Shown piece by piece: positions 25,501-37,207 of a stretch of 64,000 nt of DNA; within the stretch, counting starts at the first letter, position 1, and each line of letters begins with the position of its first letter. The position numbers were made by a program, and so were the translations under genes. The notes under the pieces are model-generated. The model did not search any database, was not told the DNA's origin, and saw only the letters and a program-made list of their open reading frames with translations. Origin of the DNA: Haliotis rubra (lineage: Eukaryota); NCBI RefSeq assembly GCF_003918875.1, contig NW_025765858.1, positions 248,001-312,000 of the forward strand, written 5' to 3'.

Positions 25501-28112
25501 AAGGTAATGATATTAACTGACACTCTCCTTATCGTTTAATGGATCTGGGCCACGTACCTTATCACCGTGTTGAACAGGAACGAAAGTTCCGTTACTGCAC
25601 TTGAAAACATCTCCCCGAATTCTTCTGCACTGGCCAGAGGTCAAGGTCGTCAAGGGGACACCATTCGTGTCATGTGTTTCATGCACATCTACGTCCTCTT
25701 TCACACAGACACAATCGAATGTATCTGAATATGACATGAAGAATACCACATAAAGAAACTCTAGCTCTCAAACAATGACACATACTTGCGATAATCGAAC
25801 CTTTAAGATAATCATAACTTCCATACATTGACACATATTTTTGACAATCGCAGAGCTACGATAATGGCAACGACCAGACACTCATACATGCTTGCAGTAA
25901 TCACATACATGTATTTAAGATAATCGTAACGGCCCTATATTTTCACAAACTTACAATAATAGCGGTGCTAAGATATCCGTAAATGTAACACATTAACACA
26001 TATTTACTAATAAATACTCGTTAATAAATAACTCGTTGCTACACGCTTACGATTATCACAACGCAACGCCTAGACTTTAAATGTTACCTTTAAAATAATC
26101 GTACCTCACATAAACCGAGATTTGTTTTATTTATAACCGCAGCGTTAAAGTGGTCGTAACTCAGACACGCTGAACAGACTTGCGACCAACTGCTTAATAC
26201 CTTCAGTGTTGCATAGTACCACACAGTGATAGATAGTACCACACAATATTACAAAAGAGAACAGAGTATTACACTTGAAAGTATTACACAGTATTACACA
26301 GGGTTCGATCCCAGAATAAATGGATCAGTGTGATCCAAATGTAACTACGAGTGAGTGAGTTTAGTTTTACACCGCACTCAGCAATATTCCAGCTATATGG
26401 CGGCGGTAAGTAAATAATCGAGTCTGGACCAGTGATCAACAGCATGAGCATCTATCTGCGCAATTGGGAACCGATGACATTTGTCAACCAAGTCTGCGGG
26501 CCTGACACCCGATCCCGTTAGTCGCCTCTTACGACAAGCATAGGTTGCTGAAGATCAATTCTAACCCGGATCTTCACGGGTGAAACACAACTATGAACAT
26601 ACCGTAACAGTCTTTGATGTAGACGTCCGAAGTTAAAACCCAAGCCCGCTGAAACATGTACCAAACGTTTAAGTAGTCGTCGTGTTAGTTGATGCAAGTG
26701 GCACTTGGTTGGAGGTATTGCAGTGGTAACAAGTTTGACTGAAGTCAGTTAAATCCACTGTCTATCTTGGCAAGAAAAACCAAGTTATTACAAATGGACT
26801 TCCCAATCTCCCGCATTAAGCTAGCTTTACTATCATCTAAACAGTATATAAATTCCAATATTTCTGTCTAGTTGAAATTCTGAGTGAGTTTTACTCACGC
26901 CGCTTTTTAGCAAAATTCAAGCAGAATCACGGCGGGGGACGCCAGAAATGGGTTTCACACATTGTACCCATGTGGGGAGTCGAACCCGGGCCATCGGTTT
27001 GACGAGCGAACGCTTTAATCAGTAGGCTACCCCACCGCCCCAGTTGAAATTGGAGATGAGAAACAATTAAATCGTATGAATGGCCTAAAAGATCTGACTT
27101 TATGAAATTTGCGTTTTCTATTTCCATAATAAAAATGAAGGTGACGAGTCGTTTAGCTGTCACTGGCATACTTGGATAAATCAAGCCATCAACAACGCTT
27201 TGACCATTATCTCAGTTATTTAAACTTGAAGTGGAAGATCCGATGTGATGCAGATTTGATGCCGTTACCATTTTGGGAGAACCGACATACGCGGGTATAT
27301 ACGGTGCTGGCAAGCAGCGAGGCATAATCAGAGTTACACAGGATTCAAACACAGGTTCGCAGGCACTGGAATTATATTTGTCCTTCCGAATCAAAGACAC
27401 GGCCGGAGTGCGGAAGGTCGCGGGTTCGATCCCCGACCGCGTCATACCAAAAGAAGTTAAAATATTGTACTTGTTGGTCCCTGTCTGGCGCTCGGCATTA
27501 ATGGGTACAACAAGGACTGGTCGGCTCGGAGTCAGTATAATGTGTCTGAGTGGGGTATTCATGCTTCACTGCGGCATGGTATCTCAATGGGCTAGCACTA
27601 TAAAACCAGCTTCAGTCGGGGCTAGTACAAGCAGCCGCACATACACATACACACGCATGCACTTTGTCATATGAGCGAAATATTCTCAAGCACAACGTTA
27701 AACCCAATTCCACCACCACCATCAAAGACACGGATTCGTTTAAACCAGGGACCCTATCCAGAAAGCGTTCATAGTACTACGTCTTTCGTAAACCAATGAC
27801 ACGGGATAGGGTTACGATAGGTCGTGACGTTACGAATGCTTTGTGGATCGTCACCCAGGTTTAGTGTAGTTACATTTTACTCACCTCGCCGTAGTAGGAC
27901 ACGTTGGCGTAAATCCTGCCGTCAATGAGGGCTTCCTGCTTGCCATGATAAGGGAGACAATTCGGCGATTGCAGTAAACCAAAGTTGTCTTCCTTTGATC
28001 CGTATTTCACCTCTATTTCAGTGTCGACTGATGCGCATGCGCACCTTTTGCCAGAAGTTTTCGTGCCAAGAGCGAGCGTTGTCACAACGAGTGAAACAAG
28101 CACGCGAAACAT
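22579..28112 (-). CDS. PGRP: PGRP-A: signal peptide + 2 SH3b-like Cys modules + PGRP/Amidase_2 domain; predicted non-catalytic; +1 frameshift in this assembly
   Basis: Exons 28112-27885, 26648-26603, 25724-25558, 24412-24162, 23354-23241 and 22808-22579. Motifs [62 protein letters not shown] and LLGRRDV..SESPG. An extra G in the run at 24288-24293 shifts the frame. About 344 aa if corrected. Confidence 0.9.
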
Positions 28113-28888
28113 CTAAAACAGGTAAGTAACAGTTCTCTAAAAAATACCAAAACATTGTGAGTTGGAGTGAGTATTCTCACCGATATGATCTCAAGTTTTT
28201 CTAGTGTATTATGCGGATTGGACATATGCAATCTGCGCACATTTTTAATTTAAAAATCTACTGAGGTGAAAAAAAAATAATTCATAAATAATTGCAAAAT
28301 ACAATTTGATCTTAATCGTCAAGAAAACAATCCTTTGCATCCTTCCAAGTTTGCTGATATCAATAATATTAGCCATTAGCTGTACTCCTGTACACAAAAA
28401 ATGATTTTAAAGCTGAAACCATCTCGGGATTCCAAACCACATGTACGATCAAAGTATGTCCCATGTCCCATGTGTTCGGATATTGCATATCAAAGAATAT
28501 CAAACATCGTGGAGAAGATGCATGTCATCATGACCCAATTGCGTAGATCGATGATCATTATGTCAGTCACTGGATTGTCTGGTCCAGACCCGATCATTTA
28601 CAGACCGCCGTCAGATAGTTTTAAGAGTGAGTGAGTTTGGTTTTGCGCCGCTTTTAGCAATATTCCAGCAATATCAGGGCGGGGACACCACAAATGGGCT
28701 TCACACATTGTACCCATGTGAGGAATCGAACCCGGGTTTTCGGCGTGAAGAGTGAACGCTTTAACCACTAGGCTAGGCCATAGCCCAATAAGACTGAGTA
28801 TGGTTTTACACCGCTTTTAGCAATCTTCCAGCAATATCACGGCGGCGGACACCAGAAATGGGATTCACCCAATAAAATATAAACATAC

Positions 28889-29027
28889 CTTGATGTCCTA
28901 CACACCAACACAAATCGTCCCGTCCCTGCAGATAGCGTTGTCGCTGTCGCTGTCGTTGTGGACTGTCGCTGTCGTTGTGGACTGAACACAGAATGTCGAG
29001 ACCATGGTGCTTACGGGTCTTTATAAG
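28889..29027 (-). promoter_or_regulatory. Putative TATA box and non-coding first exon of PGRP-A
   Basis: Minus-strand TATAAA at about 29020-29025 and a donor AAG|GTATGT at 28889/28888. The coding exon starts with ATG directly after an acceptor (ttttag|ATG), which implies an upstream UTR exon. Confidence 0.5.
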
Positions 29028-29549
29028 ACCTAAACATCCTCATCCTGACAAGCGGGAACACTACCACTCCAGCCAAAAAACAGCCCTTCGGATCAACCTT
29101 CCCCACGGAACGCATGCAACTGCCCACGAAAACATGATCTCTTCCTACACCGTTCATCACTGACTCCTTACGTCATTTGAAAAGAGAGGGCTACTTCCTG
29201 TTTGTTGTTCTTCATCTAAACTCTCCACGACACTGATCATAAAGTGAAACCCGTTTATCCGGACCCCTATATATCAGAAAAAAACCCGCATGTGACATGA
29301 TATTTACGTGAAACGAAATATACACTTAAAATGTTTCATTTAGCCGGAACTCCGGCTACCGGATCCGGACTGAAAATTAGAATTACCAGTAACGGGAATA
29401 CATTTGTCCCACTTACCGGACAACAACTACGTTTGACGATGTTTGTTTTGCAACTCATCACCCCGCAGGCAACATCAAAATGCGGGCATTGTGTGGGCTG
29501 TGTTAGTCTACTCATTATACATACCGGTTATGAATAAACACACATTTTT

Positions 29550-29945
29550 TATACTGAACGTTATTTATCATGTGTCAGTGTTCAGAAATATAGAATAGCT
29601 TTAGCTTGTTTCCGTTGTTCATCTCATGATTTATTAATTGAAAGAGGTAGGTTTATGAATATCAAAAGAGGGGATAGAATATGTAGATATTGTAATAATA
29701 ATCTTATAGAAGACGAATATCATTTTCTTCTACTATGCCCAGCGTATAATACTATGCGGAAAAAAGATATTAAAGAACTCTATTTTGTCCATCCATCAAT
29801 TGATAAATTTTCGTCTCTATTGAATTCTTCAAATGAAAGTGTAATTAAAAATGTTGCCTTTTTCATTTATCAAGCCATGTCGATAAGAAATGTGTATATA
29901 TGAAATGTACTATAGGCCTGTGGCCTCCTCAGAACTGAAATAAAG
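29550..29945 (+). mobile_element. 3' end of a non-LTR retrotransposon (LINE) ORF2
   Basis: Reads YRIALACFRCSSHDLLIERGRF..RICRYC..IEDEYHFLLLCPAY, a C-terminal CCHC motif typical of LINE ORF2, followed by AATAAA. Confidence 0.75.
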
Positions 29946-30339
29946 ATTGATGGAATAAACGTACATCGTATACCTGGCCCATGGACTTATATTTGGAGTA
30001 CTACTCTATTTTATAAACTTTTTTCAGAAGTTCAAAAAATATTGTTCACATAAATCTTGCGAAATCCAGACTGATCAACTTAATGCACATTAAACACTAG
30101 TCTGTTTCACAGTCCCTGAACCACATTATTTATTATCCCTAATGCCTAGCCCTCCCTGCAATGCTAAAGCCCTAAATGAAGCAAGTCTTAGATTTCTCCA
30201 AATTCAGGCCTGTATCTCCCAACTCACTTGGGCTCCTTTTCAATTTAAATGGGTTTATTTCTTACTTTCAAAATTATAATTATATATTCAGGGACTAAGC
30301 GTTAGTCTAATCAACCACTAGCATATTACCTCTATAAAA

Positions 30340-30960
30340 GCTTGACGTTTCTTATCCTGACAGCCAATGGTGCTCTGCGGGGTTGTGTACTTTCTCCCTT
30401 CTTGTTTATTTCCTTTACAAATGACTATCGGTATATATACAGTATTTACCTTACTATGACATTCGCTGATGTAGATCTAACAGGTTTTAATGAGGAATCG
30501 GAACTTGAATACAGAAACGAGACTAATTCTCGACAGTTGTAGAGATAATTTTCTATTCTCAACTGTCAACAAAACAGAAGTAATGATTATTGATTTCAGG
30601 AAACAGAAACAATCGTTGTTTTCAGTTCGGATTGATAACATAAAAATCGACACTGTTTCACCAGTACAAGTATCTTGGCACAGGCATTAACTCAAAACTC
30701 TGATTTTGTCTTTAAGAAAGGCAGCAGCGAAATTAATATCTTTCCTACGGCGTCTGAGGCATTTTAATGTTGACAGGGCCATCATGTGTCTGTGTGACAT
30801 TGTCATGGTATGCAATCCTACCTGTTCCGATAAAAACCTACTCTGCAAAATGGTAAACACAGCATGAAAAATCATTGACAACCGTTTACTAAATATTGGC
30901 ACGTTATTCGAGTAACAACAATCTAAAACAGCCCCCAAAATATTAAGTGACAGCTCTATA
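30340..30960 (+). mobile_element. Degenerate LINE reverse-transcriptase fragment (Rex1/Babar-like)
   Basis: Remnants of GAPQGCVLSPFLF..TND, FAD, VNKTEVMIIDFRK and YKYLG spread across shifted frames. Confidence 0.7.
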
Positions 30961-31025
30961 CAGGTGTATTTCTGGGCGGTAAGGGGGTTCGTAAGCTGAC
31001 ATACGAGACACGTGGCGCTGAAGTA

Positions 31026-31180
31026 GTCGTAGCTCCCACACTTATAAATACGCCTGCGAGAATGGTGGCGGAGGTGATCGTAACCCCCATACTTGTAAAT
31101 ACGCCTGCGAGAATGGTGGCGGTGGTGATAGTAACCCCCATACTTGTAAATACGCCAGCGAGAATGGTGGCGGGTGATCA
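31026..31180. repeat. About 51-bp tandem repeat, 3 copies
   Basis: GTAACCCCCATACTTGTAAATACGCCTGCGAGAATGGTGGCGG repeated. Confidence 0.85.
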
Positions 31181-32441
31181 ACATTTGCCTGCGATTTTGT
31201 GCAAAGACGGCATTACCAAGCAGTCTCGCGACGTCGACCCCTTAAACTATCTGCTATAGACCCGAAATTCCCGTGGTTGATACTATGAGCTTCCACCCAT
31301 ACCCTCGGAGTCCGATGACATACAAGCAACCATTCACGATCGCTGAGGGTATATTTTCATCCGGAATAAACTTGCTGTAGGTTTTTCAACAAAAACACAT
31401 CAATGTACCTCTTTTTCAGGTTTTTAATTAGTTGGGATTCGTCGCATTTTATAGAACGGACAATATGTGCTTTGCTTTGTCGGTTGCGTTGGGAAGATAA
31501 CAGAGCTACATTTGTGTCAGAAGAGGACATCTACTATTTTGACAATAACATATAAATAAAAGATATTTTTACACTCATATACATGGGGAAATAAGCTAGA
31601 TTGAAAGCTTTATTCGTTGTCCAAAGTTGCGTTGTATATACATGGGGGGATCAGAGTCATTACTGAAATATTCGCTGTTACTCTGTAATTACAATTGTTT
31701 TCATTTTTAAAACCATCACACAAAAAGAATGCAATCAAAATATCATATTTTATTATCCTGTCTTGGCATTTGGTCGAATCATGATGCGACAAGTCGAAAA
31801 CAAGGAAGCTGATGTTAGTGGATCACGTTACTGGCGGAAGCTACCGGCGTCGCGTTAAACTGACAGCAGTGCTGTGAAAGAGGAAGTACAGAGAACCACT
31901 TCCAACGCCATGACAATGGGACACATCCGACCTTAATGTCCGTTCTTCCTGTTTAGTAATACAACACAGCTACTTGACATGCTTTAAACTGTTGTGAGTC
32001 AGCGAAAGCTGTTTAATGCCGTATAAAGCAAATTTCTAACTGTACACCAGCGGTTTATACCTAGTGAGTTTAACACCGCTTTTAGCAACATTCCAGCAAT
32101 ATCAATTATCACGGCGGGGGGCACCAGAAATGGGCTTCACACATAGTACCCATGTGGGGAATCGAACCCCTTGTCTTCCGCGTGACGAGCGAACGCTTTA
32201 ACCACTAGGCTACCCGCTATGGACCACACAATCCATTGATCAACAGCATGAACATCGGTCTGCGCAATTGGGAACTGATGACATGTGTCAACCAAGTCAG
32301 CGAGCCTGACCACCCAATCCCGTTAGTGGCCTCTTACGACAAGCATGGGTTGCTGAAAGCCACTGACTGATGCAATGAGCAACATTACGCATCGTGCGGC
32401 GATGACTCTTATCAAACAAGTCAACGAGCGTGGTCACAGAT

Positions 32442-33823
32442 CCACTGGGTCGCCATGTACAACCAGACCCATGTCCACGCAGCGATCGTAGCGCTAAGGT
32501 CATCGTATCTCCTCCCACTTGGTCGCCATGTACAACCAAGTCCATGTCCACGCAGCGATCGTAGAGCTAAGGTCATCGTAACTCCTCCCACTGGGTCGCC
32601 ATGTACAACCAGGCCCATGTCCACGCAGCGATCGTAGCGCTAAGGTCATCGTAACTCCTCCCACTTGGTCGCCATGTACAAACAGATCCTAGTCCACGTA
32701 GCGATCGTAGCGCTAAGGTCATCGTATCTCCTCCCACTTGGTCGCCATGTACAACCAGGCCCGGGTCCACGTAGCGACCGCAGCGCTAAGGTCATCGTAA
32801 CTCCTCCCACTGGGTCGCCATGTTCAAGCAAACCCTGTCCACGCAGCGATCGTAGCGCTAAGGTCATCGTATCTCCTCCGACTGGGTCGCCATGTTCAAC
32901 CAGGATCATGTCCACGCAGCGAACGTAGCGCTAAGGTCATCGTAACTCCCCCCACTCGGTCGACAGGTTCAACCAGGACCATGTCCACGCAGCAATCGTA
33001 GCGCTAAGGTCATCGTAATTCCCCCAGCTCGGTCGCCATGTTCAACCAGACCCGGGTCCACGCAGCGATCGTAGCGCTAAGGTCGTCGTAACTCCTCCCA
33101 CTGGGTCGCCATGTACAACCAGACCCGGTTCCATGCAGCAATCGTAGCGCTAAGGTCGTCGTAAATCCTCCCACTGGGTCGCCATGTACAACCAGGCCCA
33201 TGTCCACGCAGCGATCGTAGCACTAAGGTCATCGTATCTCCTCCCACTTTGTCGCCATGTACAACCAGGCCCGGGTCCACGCAGCAATCGTAGCGACTAA
33301 GGTCATCGCAACTCCTCCCACTGGGTCGCCATGTTCAACCAAACCCGGGTCCACGCAGCGATCGTATCGCTAAGGTCATCGTTACTCCCCCCACTCGGTC
33401 GCCATGTACAACCAGGTCCATGTCCACGCAGCGATCGTAGTGCTAAGGTCATCGTATCTCCTCCCACTGGGTCGCCATGTTCAACCAGACCCGGGTCCAC
33501 GCAGCGATCGTAGCGCTAAGGTCATCGTATCTCCTCCCACTGGGTAGCCATGTACAACCAGGTCCATGTCCACGCAGCGATCGTAGCGCCAAGGTCATCG
33601 TATCTCCTCCCACTTAGTCGCCATGTACAACCAGGCCCGGGTCCACGTAGCGATCGTAGCGCTAAGGTTATCGTAACTACCCCCACTGGGTCGCCATGTA
33701 CAACAAGGTCCTAGTCGACGCAGCGATCGTAGCGCTAAGGTCATCGTAACTCTTCCCACTTGGTCGCCATGTACAACCAGGCCCGGGTCCACGCAGCGAT
33801 CGTAGCGCTAAGGTCATCGTAAC
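32442..33823. repeat. 73-bp minisatellite, about 19 units
   Basis: Unit CCACTGGGTCGCCATGTACAACCAGGCCCGGGTCCACGCAGCGATCGTAGCGCTAAGGTCATCGTAACTCCTC. Confidence 0.95.
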
Positions 33824-33934
33824 CCCGATACCTTGACATAGACTTACGACTGCCGTAGAGTTATGGAAAAACAGTAAGTGTATCTTGTATATATAAACTG
33901 GCGTACCCCATCATTCCCCAATACGCTTGAAAAC

Positions 33935-34592
33935 TACTATAGCGCCATAAGAAACGTTACCCTCCAACTTTTATGAATTACTTCAAAACTATCAAAGATG
34001 TGCTAGAAGGTATTAGTTTAGAAGAAAGCTTAACAACACAGCTTTTTGCAAGTCACGAAAACAAATTATCAAATGCATTCATATTTAGGTGAAATGCGTC
34101 TTTTTCAGAAGAGTTAAATTGTCCTATTTTCGTCGATGCCGAAATAAACCAATAACAGTGATTTAGATGCGGAAAGGTTGAAATAAAATTCTGCTTTAAG
34201 ACAAAGATAAACCATTTAAAGTCACCATTCTTCAACTATTAAAACAAGAAACAACTGTTGCATCCATTTCACATGTAGAATGATTCTATAGGGTATAAAG
34301 AGAGACTAGAATGCATGATATGATCCACGAGTACGAGAAATATTCCACGATTAACAACTGAAGAGAGAGGAAGAGCCATTGGGATGGTGCAGATGGGGTC
34401 GACAAACAATGCTGTTGCCAACGCCCTCGGATGCCACCGTATCACAGTTATAAGACTTATTCAGGGCTTCAGACAGACTGGGGTCACCGAAACAGACCAA
34501 GAAAAGGACGTCCACGCATCACAACGCCAGCTTTAGATAGGTACCTCCGTCATTAAAGAAGGAGGGTAACGTTTCTTTTGGCGTTTAGTGTA
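33935..34592 (+). mobile_element. Internally deleted Tc1-like element
   Basis: TIRs ..GCGCCATAAGAAACGTTACCCTCC and GGAGGGTAACGTTTCTTTTGGCG... It retains an N-terminal HTH remnant, PRLTTEERGRAIGMVQMG..DRPRKGRPRITT, at about 34345-34550. Confidence 0.8.
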
Positions 34593-36112
34593 TATAAGAA
34601 TCTATACCGAAACGTCGCTATTGTGAAAATAAACAAGTTGATCATCCATAAAGTTGTGTCATCTCTATACCAACTTCTAGAATGCCTCTCAATCAAATCG
34701 TAAATCCCACGACTGTCGTTGCGCTCAGATCACTTTGAGCAACGGGGCCCTCTAGAGGTTGTTCAGGAATGCTTCTAACCTGGAATCCTCCTACTGGGAA
34801 TACGATGAAGTTGTCTTCTCATCTCATCCTGTTGTGCGTAATTATGGATAGGGAACATCGGATGGTTGTGACAGTGTCGTTCGCCTATAAATCTGATGCC
34901 ACTGAACAGCGTTGTAGAGTCGGGAGGCATCTCTTGATTGTGGCCTGTGATAACGGTCTTTGGGTACATTTNNNNNNNNNNNNNNNNNNNNNNNNNNNNN
35001 NNNNNNNNNNNNNNNNNNNNNNNNNNNNNNNNNNNNNNNNNNNNNNNNNNNNNNNNNNNNNNNNNNNNNNNNNNNNNNNNNNNNNNNNNNNNNNNNNNNN
35101 NNNNNNNNNNNNNNNNNNNNNNNNNNNNNNNNNNNNNNNNNNNNNNNNNNNNNNNNNNNNNNNNNNNNNNNNNNNNNNNNNNNNTCACCCACTCACTCCT
35201 GTCGTCGAAACCGTACATTTTACTGCTACATTTTACCAGGTAGGGGTACACGTAGTTACAGTCGCCTGTCTCCCATACCCTTGTGAATGAGTGAGTGAGT
35301 GAGTGAGTGAGTGAGTTTAGTTTTACGTTGTATTCAGCAATATTCCAGCTGTAAATAATCGAGTCTGGACCAGACAATCCAATGATCAACAACATGAGCG
35401 TTGATCTGCGCAGACCCTTGAGAAGAAATTTGATTTAATATTAAATTTTGAATTTTTACCCATCTCCAGTGTTGAAGGATAGGGCTTATGTGAATTGGTT
35501 CAGCTCTTACCTAAATTTTGAGGTAGTTTGGGGATCATTTTATGTATTACATATATGTTTGAATACAATAACTTCAAGTTACATATGGTAATGTGTTTTA
35601 TTCAAACTAGTGACAATGTATCGTGAATTACAGACATATGTGGGTATACACATAAAGGACCGTTTCATTTTTCGTTTCGTATGTTTGTTGTTTAACGCCG
35701 TAATCAACGATAATCCAGCAATATGGCGTCGGTAGACATGTTTGGACCAGCCAATCTCTTCAACTCGATCACGACTCAACTAATACATATGGCTTTACCT
35801 GGTCACAAGTAAAACATGTGCGAAGACTTGCTTTTGGTGGTAGATTGTCAGAACTGGGACATTTATCATAACCAAAGCATAAGTGATACACTTAAAAAAC
35901 CTGTGAGCGCACACGCCAGGAAGTATCCCTCAGTCGCATCCAGTGACAAACATGTGGTTTTTTGGACTTATCTCGGAGCATCAAGCCGCATGACGCAGCA
36001 AAAATGTCAGGTCAAATATGTTTTATCCATCTTATCCATATGAAACGATCTGATCGCAATGTGTCCAGAAATGAGGCCTTCGTGATGTGACAGGTATCTG
36101 AGTGACCATGTC

Positions 36113-36207
36113 AAGGTGTGGTTGACCACCCTGCTTTTCCCACTGCCTTTATCTCTAGCGTTATAAAGAAGCGGCCAGAGTCACACCTGCGCTCATTGGA
36201 TTTACAG
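36113..36207 (+). promoter_or_regulatory. Core promoter and short non-coding exon 1 of PLA2 copy A
   Basis: TATAAA at 36162 and donor CAG|GTAGGT at 36207/36208. The block aligns with 44743-44843 upstream of copy B. Confidence 0.6.
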
Positions 36208-37207
36208 GTAGGTAACGGTACGTGTTTACTGTTTATTTATGCACGATAGTATACTTGACATTTCTTTATCTCTGTCCACCCAGCAGAAAATGGGTACCCG
36301 GTGGGATAACTCATGTGACTATATATAACCTTCTAGCGCCTCTCAGGCAGCTTGGGTTATCTGGGTAATAATTGTCTGCGTTATGAGCACAGTGTCGGTG
36401 TGGATTTAGCGCAACATAAATTGACTAATTATTAATTATCATTATTATCATCGTCACGTACCTGTGGAGATTCGATGGAACGCTAGGCTCCAGTATCCGA
36501 AACCTTTCTCGAATGCTGAACAAAGTTAACAATAATACTTAAGGTACCGCTGTGTTTGAACATAGCAGGATGCGGCATAAAACAGCATATATTCATCCGT
36601 CGATATGTTTACACTGACATCGCTGTGAATTATATAGTAAACAGAGACTGTTACGTCAAAATCTTGAGTATGTATCGAGGTATTTCACCCTCAAAGCAAT
36701 AGTTAAAAAACTATATCTCCGTGAAAATCCAATGTTGGTACAGCGACTGAGTTGATAAAACATTAAGATTGCATTTGTAGCTGAATGTAATTTGTAGCTG
36801 TTTTTAAGATTCTAGATTCAAGGTTCAAAAAGAATTCAAACATCAGGGAGAAGTGAATTACATTGCAAAAATGTAAAGGTCAAATCAAGGTCCATATTGA
36901 AAATATCAAAAGCAATATATTATCGGTATTAAATCATTACATATACACTAAAAGTATATTACATTGATGTAAAATATAGGTAAAATCAGACAATATTATC
37001 TTTCAATATTGCTGACATGGCGGCCATGTTGAAATTCATATTCAGAGCTCTTTAGTTAAAGATTGTGCTAGAAACATCATGGGATATGACCCCATATTAC
37101 TGGACAGCACTCAAAGAAAGGTTAGTGAAACCCAAGACTCTACTTCCATGCTACTACCTTGAATGATTTTCACCAACGTCAGTAATTTTAATCTTCAGAC
37201 TTGTACG

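Noticed and set aside
28425-28434. GGGATTCC kB-like motifs in intron 1 of both PGRPs (also about 59683)
   Set aside because: They are incomplete matches at non-equivalent positions and are compatible with chance.
32297-33792. Array of similar 60-90 aa ORFs
   Set aside because: They are products of a 73-bp unit that is not a multiple of 3 and has frequent stops.
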